Part shown: positions 52,433 to 64,000 of the stretch, in pieces | Layout of the letters: every line of letters begins with the position of its first letter | How positions within the stretch are numbered: position 1 is the first letter of the stretch | DNA from: Octopus vulgaris | Taxonomy: Eukaryota | NCBI GenBank assembly: GCA_951406725.2 | Contig: OX597825.1 | Coordinates: forward strand, 2,294,001 to 2,358,000 | Reading direction: 5' to 3' | DNA length: 64,000 nt | Notes under the pieces: generated by a model | The model's input: the letters and a program-made list of their open reading frames with translations, nothing else | Told to the model about the DNA's origin: nothing | Database searches by the model: none | Translations under genes and position numbers: made by a program

Positions 52433-52462
52433 TCCTGAGCAACGCCGGGTATTTCTGCTCGT
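52433..52462 (+). mobile_element. Possible Helitron 3' terminus
   Basis: CCTGAGCAACGCCGGG hairpin followed 8 nt later by CTCG|T (CTAG with one change). Confidence 0.35.
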
Positions 52463-52469
52463 AATAAAA

Positions 52470-53257
52470 AATGCCTTTATTATCGCACGAAACACAAAGC
52501 ATAGCTTTTTTGGCATGGATATTCGTCTTTGGTTGCTATTTGGGTGAAACCTGATGCAAATTCCAGATTCTTTTGCACAATAGGCTTTCGTACGCAATCC
52601 ATTTTTTATCTCCAGTCACAATTTGTTTAAAAAAAGCATGTTTCCATTCCGTTGCAAAAGAATACCACAAACGGAACACCGGTCCAAGCAATTCTTTCCT
52701 CAGCGTTTGTGAGGGAGCCATAATTTATAGCGAGAAATGTATCCTACCTTCACTAGGTGGTCCATGATCCGTACGTTTAAAAACGCCCAACTCCTTTGCA
52801 ACTCGTCTAGTCGTGATATTTTAATTTTCTTCGATTTTTGCGTTCAAAACATCTCCACCCAATTTTGAAACTCTTCCACTGCGACTGTCTTCTTCCAAGC
52901 TAAATTTTCCAGCCTTAAATTTTGCAAACGATCTTCGAACATTCGATTCATAATCACCATACAGTTCACATATGTTTTTGCAAGTCGTTGCAACATTTTC
53001 ACATTTTTTTTAAAAAAAACAAAAACAAAAACATTATAAGGCGAATATGAAATTTTGGTTATCCTGCTCAAATGACAATAAAGGGAAACCGGAATGACAG
53101 ATGAATCTATTTTTAGTCACGAAAAAAATTAAAAGATGCATTACCACTTCAAGCAACACCTAAGTTTTTACTGTGTTACCTTTCAGGTGTATTCAATGAA
53201 GTGTGAAAATATTTAAAAGATTTAGGTTAAAAACGCTCAAAACTTTCCGGACAACTA
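52470..53257 (-). mobile_element. Decayed mariner element, 5' half
   Basis: TIR-like TAGTTGTCCGGAAAG at 53257; FAKFKAGKFSLEEDSRSGR, KELGV and FFKQIVTGDKKWIAYE (TGDEKW, first catalytic D); multiple frameshifts. Confidence 0.85.
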
Positions 53258-55475
53258 CACACACATGCAAACATACATATATGTATATACATACATAGAT
53301 AAATACACACACATATTTGCATCTCTAGTATATACAAAGTTCAATTATTTATTCCTATTGTCAGACGATTGGCGTATACAATGTGATAAGTTATCAGTAG
53401 TGTCGTTTTAGTACGTTTACGATTGGTCTGTCACGAGGTGATTATTTTACCTACCAACTATTTGAATAAACGCCACTGTGTTGAAACATTAGTTCTCGTT
53501 TTATTGTTCAGTCTCCCCTCGTTCGCCATTCTAAACCAGTGAGAAGAAGTAATTTAACAGCAATTACGACTTCACCTCTAACATGATTGTAATCGTCGAA
53601 ATTTCTTTGATTTGAATGATTTTGGAAATTACTTTGAAAGGTAACGGTGTAGGTGGCGTTGGTGTTGTTTGAAGTGGCAGCGGGTGGTGGTGGTGGTGGT
53701 GGTGATGCTGTGGAGAAAATGAAGAAAAGTAGAACATTTTGCTGCACTGTTTAACTACTTTGATGAGAAATGTTATTGAGAAGTGAAATACAGATCTATG
53801 TATAGTGGCAACACACTAACTCATGTACTTATTGATAGTAGGTCTCCTATGATGTGAAACATCTTAGAAGTTTATTCCTGTTTATTCATGGTGCCTGTTG
53901 TACCATCAAGAGGAGAAGGTGGTATGATCAGGGAAGAAGATATTACATTTCGAGGAAGTTACTTATCTCAAGCGGCCATAAATTATGAATTTTAGTCTGC
54001 TCTGTACAGAAGCCATAGAATAACTTTACTGTAAACTGAACTCTTCATGCAAATAAACAGAGAAGTACCTCGTAATAGCGATGAAGCTGTACATAATCAA
54101 AATTAACATTCTGATCGCCATCATTGCTTGTCTCCTGTTGAAGGCTGATCATTTGAAATGGTTATTCAGAGAGAATAACCAAGGCAACGATAATGCAACA
54201 TGTTCATCAGTTCAACAATAAATATCACGTTTCAACATGTATTCAATGGTATTTTTGAAGTGTTTCACTATCATTTGTATATTACAGTTTATGCACGTAT
54301 GTATTCGTGTATGAATGAATGTATGCATTTAAATATATCCCTACATAAGTATATTTGCATGTATGTCAGTATAATCCCTCTCAGAATTCATTGAGAAAGT
54401 TCAGATAAATGTATTCTTATTCTATTTTGTGAGTTAGCGTAAAAGACGCCTGTCCATCACAAGTTCAACCGGAAATGTGAGACGATCGCTTTACTGTCCT
54501 GCTTAAGCTAATGCATGAAATTGACGAAAAGAAAGATGGCGTTCCGGTAGAACCATTATGCAAATTAGTCTGAACGGACTTTCGAAAGAGGGACGCTATA
54601 TGCTTGATGTGAGTTGAAAAGATGTGTGAGGCTTGACTAGAGGCGAGAAACGACAAGCTTATTCCGATAAATCAAACTCATTTCATAGAGAGTAAACTAC
54701 AGGTCTCTTAATGAAAGGCTGCGGCGTGTAGGTGAGAGATTTTGAGCCATTCATTGGATGCGATCCACGATGGTTATGCAGGTATCTTTTGTAACGTTCC
54801 ACATGGGAGAGAAATATTGAATGAGCGACTAAATATGTTCTGGCTCTTAATTCAATGGACAATTTCAGGTACAGTCCTAGCTATGTTAAGGACATATTTT
54901 TGGCTGGAGGAATCTCCGGTTATTGTGAATGGTAACATTGGACAAAAGACCAGAAATGCATTTGCGTACCACTCATGCATTATTTTCTTGATATGAATTG
55001 AATTCTCCTATTTTGCTTTTGAATGAACCACTTTATGCATGTCAGCGCTATAGGTTGCTTTCCGATTCTCCATTCAGGATATCAGCGCAGATTGACGTGT
55101 TACATATACACACATGTATCTCACAGAAATCCTTTCATACACATACTCACACATGAACATGCACGCACTCATATACACACATTCATATGCACACGTTTAC
55201 ACACACAACAGTTCTCACAGAATATGCCCTAAATATTAAACTCTTAAAAAGAAGAGTGATGAACTCAGTCTATACCATTATTTGCGCATATATGCACACA
55301 TACATATTCATACATATACAGGCGATATCCACATACATACATACATACTTCCTTCCATCCATCCATCCATACATCCATCCATCTATGCATACATACATTC
55401 ATCCATGCATGCATAACTAAATAAATACATACAGACATCGACTCATATTCTAGCAAGTTATGTATGCATGTATTG

Positions 55476-55838
55476 TCCTTTAATCTTTTACTTGTTTTAG
55501 ATATTAGACTGCGGCCATGATGGGGCACTGGCTTCAAGAATATTAGTCGCACAAGTCGGCCCCAGTCCCATTTCGTTTCTTGTTCTTTCAGTACCTGTAT
55601 CGAGCCGCAAAGTTGCATGGACATAGACACACACAAGCAGTGGTTGTCAAATGGTGGTGGTACGGGGGGGAGGGTGAAGAAAATTGCACCGGTGCGCATG
55701 CTCACATTTGTGACGGACTTTCTTCAGGTTCCGTCTTCCAGGTCATTTTCCAGGTCTTTGGTCGAAGCTATTGGAAACTGACACTTGCCCCCAAGTCTCA
55801 GTGAGACTAAATCGTGGTAGGGAAGCAGTTTTCTTACC
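55476..55838 (-). mobile_element. Decayed SINE family A
   Basis: CTTTTACTTGTTT..GACTGCGGCCATG, GTTGTCAA and GACACTTGCCC landmarks. Confidence 0.75.
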
Positions 55839-55874
55839 TTTGTGTCGTCGATATGATAATGTTATACAACGCAC

Positions 55875-56129
55875 CTTTGGTCACCATGCATTTCCCCGCT
55901 TTGTTGTAGCTTTCCAATGGGGCCTCCCAGACAGGTAGTGGCACCAGGCCGATATCTGCCGTGAAGGGCACGTCAGTCGCAGGATCCTCGTCAGTTTCAG
56001 CTGAGCGAAATGGAGTAAGATGGAATGAAGTGTTATGCTCAAGAACCAAGTTCGCCGCCGGTCTGGGAATTGAAACGACGACCTTTCGATCGTAGGGGTA
56101 AAATACAAAGCATTGGGCCTCACGCTTTC
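55875..56129 (-). mobile_element. Decayed CORE-SINE
   Basis: CAGCTGAG..TGGAG..AAGTGTTATGCTCAAGAAC and GGGAATTGAA..CGATCGTA match family C. Confidence 0.7.
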
Positions 56130-56297
56130 AAACACACACACACACACATACACACACACGCATACATACACACACACACACACACTCACACACACAGACA
56201 CACAGACAATCTCACTCAGGTATGCAAACACACATCATTTATGTATGAGTGTGTGTGCCCCTCAATCTTTCTCTCTTTCTCTCTATACACACACATA

Positions 56298-57258
56298 TAT
56301 TATTATTAATATTTTATGTTTGACTTTTGCTTTATGTCTGTACAAGTTGGCTCCAAGTCTCACCCAGAGACCTCAAGAGACAACAGGTTGGAAGTTCTGT
56401 GCCATATATTTGGGTGGGTGGGGGTTGGGCGTTTTTTTCTCTTTTTTTTTTGGTGTTGTACTAGTGAATGTCTAATACATAAAAATTAAAAAAAAATTTA
56501 AATAAAGAAAAAAGTTTGTTTTAAATCTTGGGATTACATAGAGAGTATTTTGCGTAGGATATGAGCAGTTCCCATGAGCACTATCTTTTGAATTTCTGCC
56601 ATTTTGGGGTTTCCTGATATCTGAGTTAGGTAGCAATCAGTCCCTTTCGCTATCATTCCCAGGGCACCTATGACAACATGTATTGTTTTAGTCTTCAGCT
56701 TCCACATTTTGCTGATTTCTATTTCAAGATCTTTATATTTGCTCAGTTTTTGGTAGGTCTTGACAGATACGTTTATATCGATTGGGACAGTCATATCAAT
56801 GAGGAGGCATGTTCTTTGTCTGAAGTCTTTCAATATGATGTCTGGCCTATTTGCATCTATCTTCCTGTCAGTTTGAATGGTGAAGTTGCAGAGGAGTGAG
56901 ATGTGGTCATTTTCAAGCACTGGAGGTGGATTGTGTTCCTACCAGTTTTCTTCATGGGGCAAATCCAGGTTTTTGCAAATTACCCAGTGAATATATTATG
57001 CAGCTCTATCATGCCTGTTGAGGTACTCTGTAGGCGCTACAAGACTGCATTTGGAGACAACATGATAAATGGTTTCATTTTGTTGTCGGCATACACATGT
57101 TGGGCTACTGCCGTTCTTTAATATGTTGGCCGGGTAGTTTCTTGTTGGTAGGCATTGATCTTGAGCTGTTATGATAAACCCCTCTGTTTCAGATTTTAAG
57201 CCAGAGGCCATTAGCCATTGATGGGTTGCAGATATTGACAAAGCCCTGACCCATCAAT
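56298..57258 (-). mobile_element. 5'-truncated R4/Dong-clade non-LTR retrotransposon in a (TAA)n tract
   Basis: HQWL..GLKSETEGFI..AQDQ.L.TRNY, CCHC knuckle, RHD, RPDII...LID...K..KY RLE motifs and LMGTAHILRKIL*. Stops and a frameshift are present. (TAA)n lies at both ends. Confidence 0.93.
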
Positions 57259-57362
57259 TATTATTATTATTGTTATTATTATTATTATTATTCTTATTCT
57301 TCTTCTTCTTCTTATTATTATTATTATTAATATTAATATTATTATTATTATTATTATTATAA

Positions 57363-57441
<79 letters not shown>

Positions 57442-57451
57442 GTTGTTGTTG

Positions 57452-57494
<43 letters not shown>

Positions 57495-57501
57495 CATCAT
57501 C
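57257..57501. repeat. (ATT)n tract, about 240 bp
   Basis: Direct tandem repeat. Confidence 0.97.
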
Positions 57502-57749
57502 AGTATATTAGCACGGGCATCAGGTGTATTTGATTAATATACCTTCTATCGCTGAAGTCCTAGAGGTTAAACCTGAAGACCCGACTTCACCATCTCTAGC
57601 AACTCAGCACCACACCTGTCCATTTTTCTTTTACCTAATCTTGACTTTTCCATTCTATTTACTCCCACCGCTACCAATTTAGGCGTCTTAGAATCTTTTA
57701 CGCTCTACGTTTCTCAGGCCTGCGAACTTGTCTTCTTTCGCAGAAGCGA

Positions 57750-57856
57750 ATATGTATGTACGTATGTATACTTATGTATGTACGTGTGAATGTATGTATA
57801 TGCATTTATGTACGTATGTATGTATACATGCATGTATGCGTGTTTGTGTGTGCATA

Positions 57857-57892
<36 letters not shown>

Positions 57893-58011
57893 CAAATGCA
57901 TGTATACATATGTACATATACATAAGTGTATATATATGTATATGTGTGTGTACGTATACATACATGCGTTTATACATGTATATATATATGCATGTATATA
58001 TATATATACAC

Positions 58012-58053
<42 letters not shown>

Positions 58054-58087
58054 AAATAAGAAGGGATGTGCATGTGTGTATTATATG

Positions 58088-58128
<41 letters not shown>

Positions 58129-58195
58129 GTAGAGACATGCATACTCGCACACACATATCTATAAGTATTTGCGAATGTATGTAAGTATGTATATA
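57750..58195. repeat. Degenerate (TA)/(TG)/(TATG) tract
   Basis: Direct observation. Confidence 0.9.
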
Positions 58196-60374
58196 TTTCT
58201 ATCCATCTATGAGTGTATTGATTGATTGTCGTGTGAATAAAATATTCTTTTGGGAAGAATTCTTTATGCTAGCCTATCATTTACATGTTAGAAGCTTCCC
58301 ATACAATTTTCGGCTATTGCGCTGCCAATGCAATACGAATGTATTTAATATGTCAGTTTAAATAACTTACGCAAGTAATCCGAACATTGGCTGGGGGTAT
58401 AAGCAAGAAACGAGTCTATGCTTACACGAAGTGTTGATAAATATGTAGATTATCCCTAGCAAAATCTCGTGGTTTTGTTCACTGTAAATCGTGAAATTGA
58501 ATTTCGACCAATGTAATTGTACCCAAAATGCGGTTGTATTATATATGAAGTAAAGAAACATCTAATACAGTGGTTCCGATGCTAAAGAATAAGCTAATAT
58601 AAGACGTCCATATGCTTAATAACCCTGGGGTATGTGAGAGAAATTTATTTTGGAATTTAGCAGGTTGATGTATGAGTCATATCTCTGAGGAACATGGAAG
58701 AAATTTATCTCAGAATTTAGCATATTGAAGGCAATGTGAACAGCGACATTTTATCTCAGCACTCTCTTCACACATATGAAGTTAGAGAACCCGAAGAAGC
58801 TGCTTCGCTCACTTCAATTAAATACACGTAAATGAGTTGAAATGGAATTGAGACGGCAGAAAGCTGTGATTTCCTAAGACTTCACTGATCTATTTCGAGA
58901 TAGCTGAATTTATTGAACTTTCCAATTTCCGTTACTTATCACTTTAGAATTGGTAAATTTCACATACGTTTGATAGGAATTTCCTTTCTAAAAAGAACAT
59001 GTAGATTCTATATAATAGGTTTATTTCATTTTAACAACTACCACCATTTTCTATTTATGACCAATTCCAATAGAGACAAAATCTAATTTCATGCTCTTTA
59101 CATCGAATGCAGCAGATATGTTGTATATAAAAACTGTATCTTGTAGGACATTTTGCCGAAGAATGTCTTAGAAACTAACATGTTGAAATAACATGCTTAA
59201 GTATTGTCATAGAGTAATATATTTTCTTTAATGGTTCACAAAATGCTATCCTACAATCTACCATTGCTGTAAAATGTTGGTAGAACTAACCCCAAATATA
59301 CTTTAAGGCTTTTATTATATTTTTTCGAACTTAGCCCTATCGGGTTACGTATATATTTCTGTAATATTTAATATAAATTTATCAATCATCTACGTACAGA
59401 TAAACTTTTCTTTTCCAAAACTGACGACCACTACAAATATTTTTTAATACTCTTTAGGAATATGCCACACACCCACATACGTACACAGAAATGCATGCCG
59501 TATGTTGCAACATGTATTCAAATACACGTCAGGTTATCTAATTTAATTGAGAATTCATATGTTTATTTCGTATTGTAGTTCATTGAAAAGAAGGCTTCGG
59601 CGTTGCTCTATTTTCTCTTCTCAATATACATCTCTCTCTCCTTTTCCTCAGTTATCACGTATTTATGACTACATTATGGAATAAGCGTTTCCACTTCGCA
59701 TGGGTTTAGATGAAATTTGAAGTTGGCTTGGCTGGTTTCTATAACAGTTAAAGCTGCCACATATAATCAGACACGTCATCGTATAGAGGCTATATTCTTG
59801 CTGATTACATAACAACAATTTGGCTAACAACCCTTATTTAATTTTAAATAGAAAAAATGTTCTCTAACCGGTAAATTGACTACTGTAGTTTATTAACTGC
59901 ACAGTAGTTTCCGAACTCAGCGCGCCAAAGTGAATGCATTTGAAAGATACACCTAAATATAAAATGTAGAACTTTATACATGCTGGATTTCGGTTGAGCG
60001 TTCTGTTTTTAGTTCAGGAAATTGTGTTTTGTAAACGACAGACTATGCTGATGATCTTGCAGATGTTTGCGTGTGTATATACCTAAATATTAACAAGTGA
60101 AACCAAATGGTACATAGGTAAACGTTTTTTTATTTCGTACATTTTCATTCGTCTTGCTTATTTTTACATTTTTATTTTTTGCTGAGATTTTTCTTGAGAA
60201 CACATTATTTGTGGTAATGGCGATCTGACGTCTATGTTTAGCATATAGGCTGTCCACTTTTAGTGGTCATTCCTCTAAATTTTGTATGTAAAACAATATT
60301 TAATCTTGCGATTTTTTAAAAATATGCTAAGCCACTGGTTTTAATTGATTAATATCAATTTCAACCCTTATTTA

Positions 60375-60377
<3 letters not shown>

Positions 60378-60411
<34 letters not shown>

Positions 60412-60531
60412 CATACATATATATATAGATATATATATATATGTATATATTTATATATATATAATATATATATATACATACACATATACATACATACATA
60501 TATATATATATACATATACATACATACATAC

Positions 60532-60614
<83 letters not shown>
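60378..60614. repeat. (TA)n/(CATA)n/(TCTA)n tract
   Basis: Direct tandem repeats. Confidence 0.95.
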
Positions 60615-60616
<2 letters not shown>

Positions 60617-60617
<1 letters not shown>

Positions 60618-60737
60618 GACAGACTTCTTTCAGTTTCCGTCTTTGGTCGATTCAGTGCCATCGCAGGAGACATTTGCCCATAGGACCAGACCATGTGAGT
60701 GAGAAACAAGCTTGTTACAACACAGCTACACTTGCGC
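60617..60737 (-). mobile_element. Decayed SINE family A 5' part
   Basis: CTTCTTTCAGTTTCCGTCT, GACATTTGCCCA and ACCATGTG landmarks. Confidence 0.7.
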
Positions 60738-60750
60738 TTCAATCTCTCTC

Positions 60751-60786
<36 letters not shown>

Positions 60787-61434
60787 CTTCATTCTTTGCT
60801 CAAAGGCAAACGCCCACATTTAACATTCCTCGGCGTCTTGTGTCACCGGGATTTATGAAACTTGTTTTCGTTGCAGCAGATTAACACAATTTACCTCTAA
60901 ATATTCGATTCTATCGCATTATTGAATATCTCACAAAGTATTACTTTTTGCCCGGTAAATTTCATAACAATACAAACCAATTGTGATCCATGTCCCAGGG
61001 TTTCGCTTGCTTAAATTGGCTCCAGATTTGCTATAAAACACAATCAATAGCTTTACAAACATCAGAACAGAAAGAAGTATTCTTAGATGCTGCTCCCCGC
61101 CCCTAGATTAAGGATGGTCGGGTTATCTAAGTACTAGGTAATCATCATCATCATCATCATCAATATTTTCGTCATTACCACCAACCCCACCACCATCATC
61201 GTCTACGTCGTCGTCAACATCATCATCATCATCATCATATATTCGTGACCAGCACTAACCAAATCACACCACCACCATCATCACCATTGATCGTTGCCGC
61301 CGCCGCTGTCTTCATCGTCATCATCATCATCCAAAACAACAACAGTAACAACATGCACGTGATATTATGCTCAGTCAAAGTGTACTCCTTGAATGACATA
61401 TTCTATTTTGCAAACGTATCCAGTTAATGCCTGA

Positions 61435-61680
61435 CCAACATTACACGATGGTGGGGGAAAAACACAGACACACAGACACACAGACACACACACACATATA
61501 TATATGTATATATATATATACGACGGGCTTCTTTCCAGTATCCCTCCATCAAATCCACTTAGAAGGCTTTGGGGAGCGTTAATAGTAGAAGACACTTGCT
61601 CAAGGTGCCACGCATTGGGACTGAACGTGGAACCACGTACCCGGTAAGCAAGCTACTTACCACGCAGCCACTCCTCCGCC
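61435..61680 (-). mobile_element. SINE family A, 5' two-thirds
   Basis: Head GGCGGAGGAGTGGCTGCGTGGTAAGTAGCTTGCTTACC and internal TA/TG tract. Confidence 0.88.
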
Positions 61681-61929
61681 TGTTTGTTTAGAAAATAAAT
61701 ATTTAGATAAAAATATTGTCAACCTTATTATATTCATTATATATATATATTTCCGGTATAAATCTATATTGCTAAGAAATATTACCGGTCCCTACCGCAT
61801 CAGACAGTTTGAGAAGCCCTTCACTAGAGGACTGCTGACTGCCTTTGAGTGCTAAGTCTTCCGATATCCGAGTATCCTGTTGCATTTTACATTGGAAATC
61901 TTGGTCCCCCAATGTCGTCTTCGTGTATA

Positions 61930-62195
61930 AGTATATCGATCTTGGTTGTAAATGTTGATTTGGTAAATTCCATTTGTCTCAAAAAGAAACATCATCAGCT
62001 GCTTCAAACCCAGCTGTCATAAATATAATCGATGTCCAAAGACCCGACCTTCCTCGCCTCACATCGAACCAATAAAAAAAAAAGAAATATTAGCGTTCGA
62101 GAGAGAAATCAGAAATCATTTCGGTGATCAGCTGGAGGGCCATCGATCATTGATCTTCAAGCAATCTTCTCTGCCATAAGAACATGACGTTCACG

Positions 62196-62236
<41 letters not shown>

Positions 62237-62391
62237 ATCTACTACCACCACCTCCACGATTATTACTACCTCCACTACTACCACCACCACCGCCACCACC
62301 ACTACTACTACTACCACCACCACCACCAACATCAACACCAACACCACCATCACTACTTCTACTACTACTACTACTACTCCTACTCCTACTC

Positions 62392-62433
<42 letters not shown>

Positions 62434-62680
62434 AACTACTACCACCAACAGCACCACTACCACTACTACTACTGCTGCTGCTGCATTTGCTACGTCCTTA
62501 CAATTTTTACTGCGTTGCATAACAAAGGCTAAAACAAAGGCGAAAATGGTTCAGCTGCCCCCCCCCCTTTTCCCCCCTATGATCCTACGATGTGTTTTTG
62601 GGATTAATCGCCAAAATCAGGAACAGCAAAGATAAGTGGATGCTATCGGTTGCCTTGGCCGTCAATTGATATCGATCGGT
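61930..62680. promoter_or_regulatory. Candidate cis-regulatory motif cluster
   Basis: Four CAGCTG, four ATCGAT, two tandem AACAAAG and GGATTAATC in unique sequence. Motif evidence only. Confidence 0.3.
62196..62482. repeat. (ACT)/(ACC) trinucleotide mosaic
   Basis: Direct tandem repeats. Confidence 0.95.
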
Positions 62681-63451
62681 GAATTTACAATTTTTAGTAA
62701 CATAAAATTTTCAATAACAACAGTTCACATTGTTTTATGTTTATTGTTGTTTACGAACATTATTTTGTTATGTTTTTGATGAATTTAAACATAATTTGCA
62801 TTAATTATACATAATCTGATTAAATGAATGTCTGATACTAGAAATATAATTCATATGTATATGTGTACACGTGTATGTATTTGTGTACCAGTGTATATAT
62901 AAATGTGTAAAACGTATGTGTGCTTGTTTCATTGTGTGTATGTGTGTGAAGACCTATGTGAGTGTATTTGTGTAAATCTTGTTTATATCTGCTTTCTCAC
63001 TGTTGTGGTATAATGTTTTTTTGTGTATAAGGATATGTATATGAGTTTGTATGTGTGTATGGTCATAAATACGCGTGAAGCGGTACGTGAGTGTATTTAT
63101 GTGGTTGGTTTATGCGTTTGAGTCTGTGTGCGTGATATGTTGTGTTCGTTGTTGTCTGTTATGAATGAAAGAAATTTTGTTCACATTTTAAGTCCATTTT
63201 CCATGAATGATTGTAAATGTAATAAAGCAAAAAGAAAGATCGCTACACATACAAACACCAAGAACTAGCTTATTCTGTTTGCCGCCGAACGCATTCGTAC
63301 TGACTCACACGCACAAACATCAACACAGAACTACGCACCACAACATATACACAATGTAAGCACGACAACAGCCGTACAAACAAAACACGGGCACTACTAA
63401 CATTTCACACACATGCACACGTGGACAAACACATACGCAAACATTATCACA

Positions 63452-63534
63452 ATACACACACACATACATACATATATATATATATATACATACATACATA
63501 CATACATACATACATACATACATACATACATACA

Positions 63535-63570
<36 letters not shown>
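63452..63570. repeat. (CATA)n/(TA)n microsatellite
   Basis: Direct tandem repeats. Confidence 0.97.
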
Positions 63571-64000
63571 TGCACAGACTGTATATTGTTATTAGAAAAT
63601 ATCCGAAATATTCTATCATTTGTTGATGTCTTCTGCTTATCCGTATTTTTTTCTTTTGGGCATTTGCTTTTTTTTTCATAAAAAAATACAAAACAAAGCA
63701 AAATTATTGTATTGTTTTGCAATCTGTTAGATTTCATATGAAAACAAGGAATCTCTGAAATAAATCAGAAAGAAAAAAAGCAAGAAATGATGGAACATCT
63801 TCTATGCAGCTGTAATAGTTCAACTGATTTTCTTAGTAAGAATAAATGTAACTAAAAAGAAATAGAAAAAATATATAAAGTCCACCAGATTTGAAGTTCT
63901 ATAGATTTTTTTTACTTCTAATATCTTTAGACACTTCATAACGTGATGTTTCATATTAAGATACTGTAACTATCAGGACATATTTTACCTTGAAATTCTT

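Overview
AT-rich, microsatellite-saturated eukaryotic DNA with no confidently identifiable host protein-coding exon, so most likely intergenic or a large intron. The SINE, LINE and microsatellite landscape matches, from memory, an octopus (coleoid cephalopod) genome; this is inference. Nearly all long ORFs in the track are translated simple repeats. The real content is: three tRNA-headed SINE families, two R4/Dong-type RLE retrotransposon 3' fragments in (TAA)n tracts, decayed CR1/L2-type LINE pieces, Tc1/mariner fragments, and two Penelope-like elements (PLEs) with GIY-YIG endonuclease remnants. The most notable structure is at 21844-22450, directly behind a PLE. It is a non-coding unit of about 471 bp with about 60 bp of terminal redundancy and an intact type I hammerhead ribozyme, preceded by a 73-bp inverted copy of that ribozyme: a candidate cephalopod retrozyme (circular-RNA retroelement). 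Several other intact or decayed hammerhead motifs occur in the window. Also notable are a SINE/LINE shared 3' tail with a covarying hairpin, a locally templated 37-bp insertion at a SINE junction, a 5' micro-inversion in a Dong-like element, and a possible enhancer motif cluster near 62 kb.
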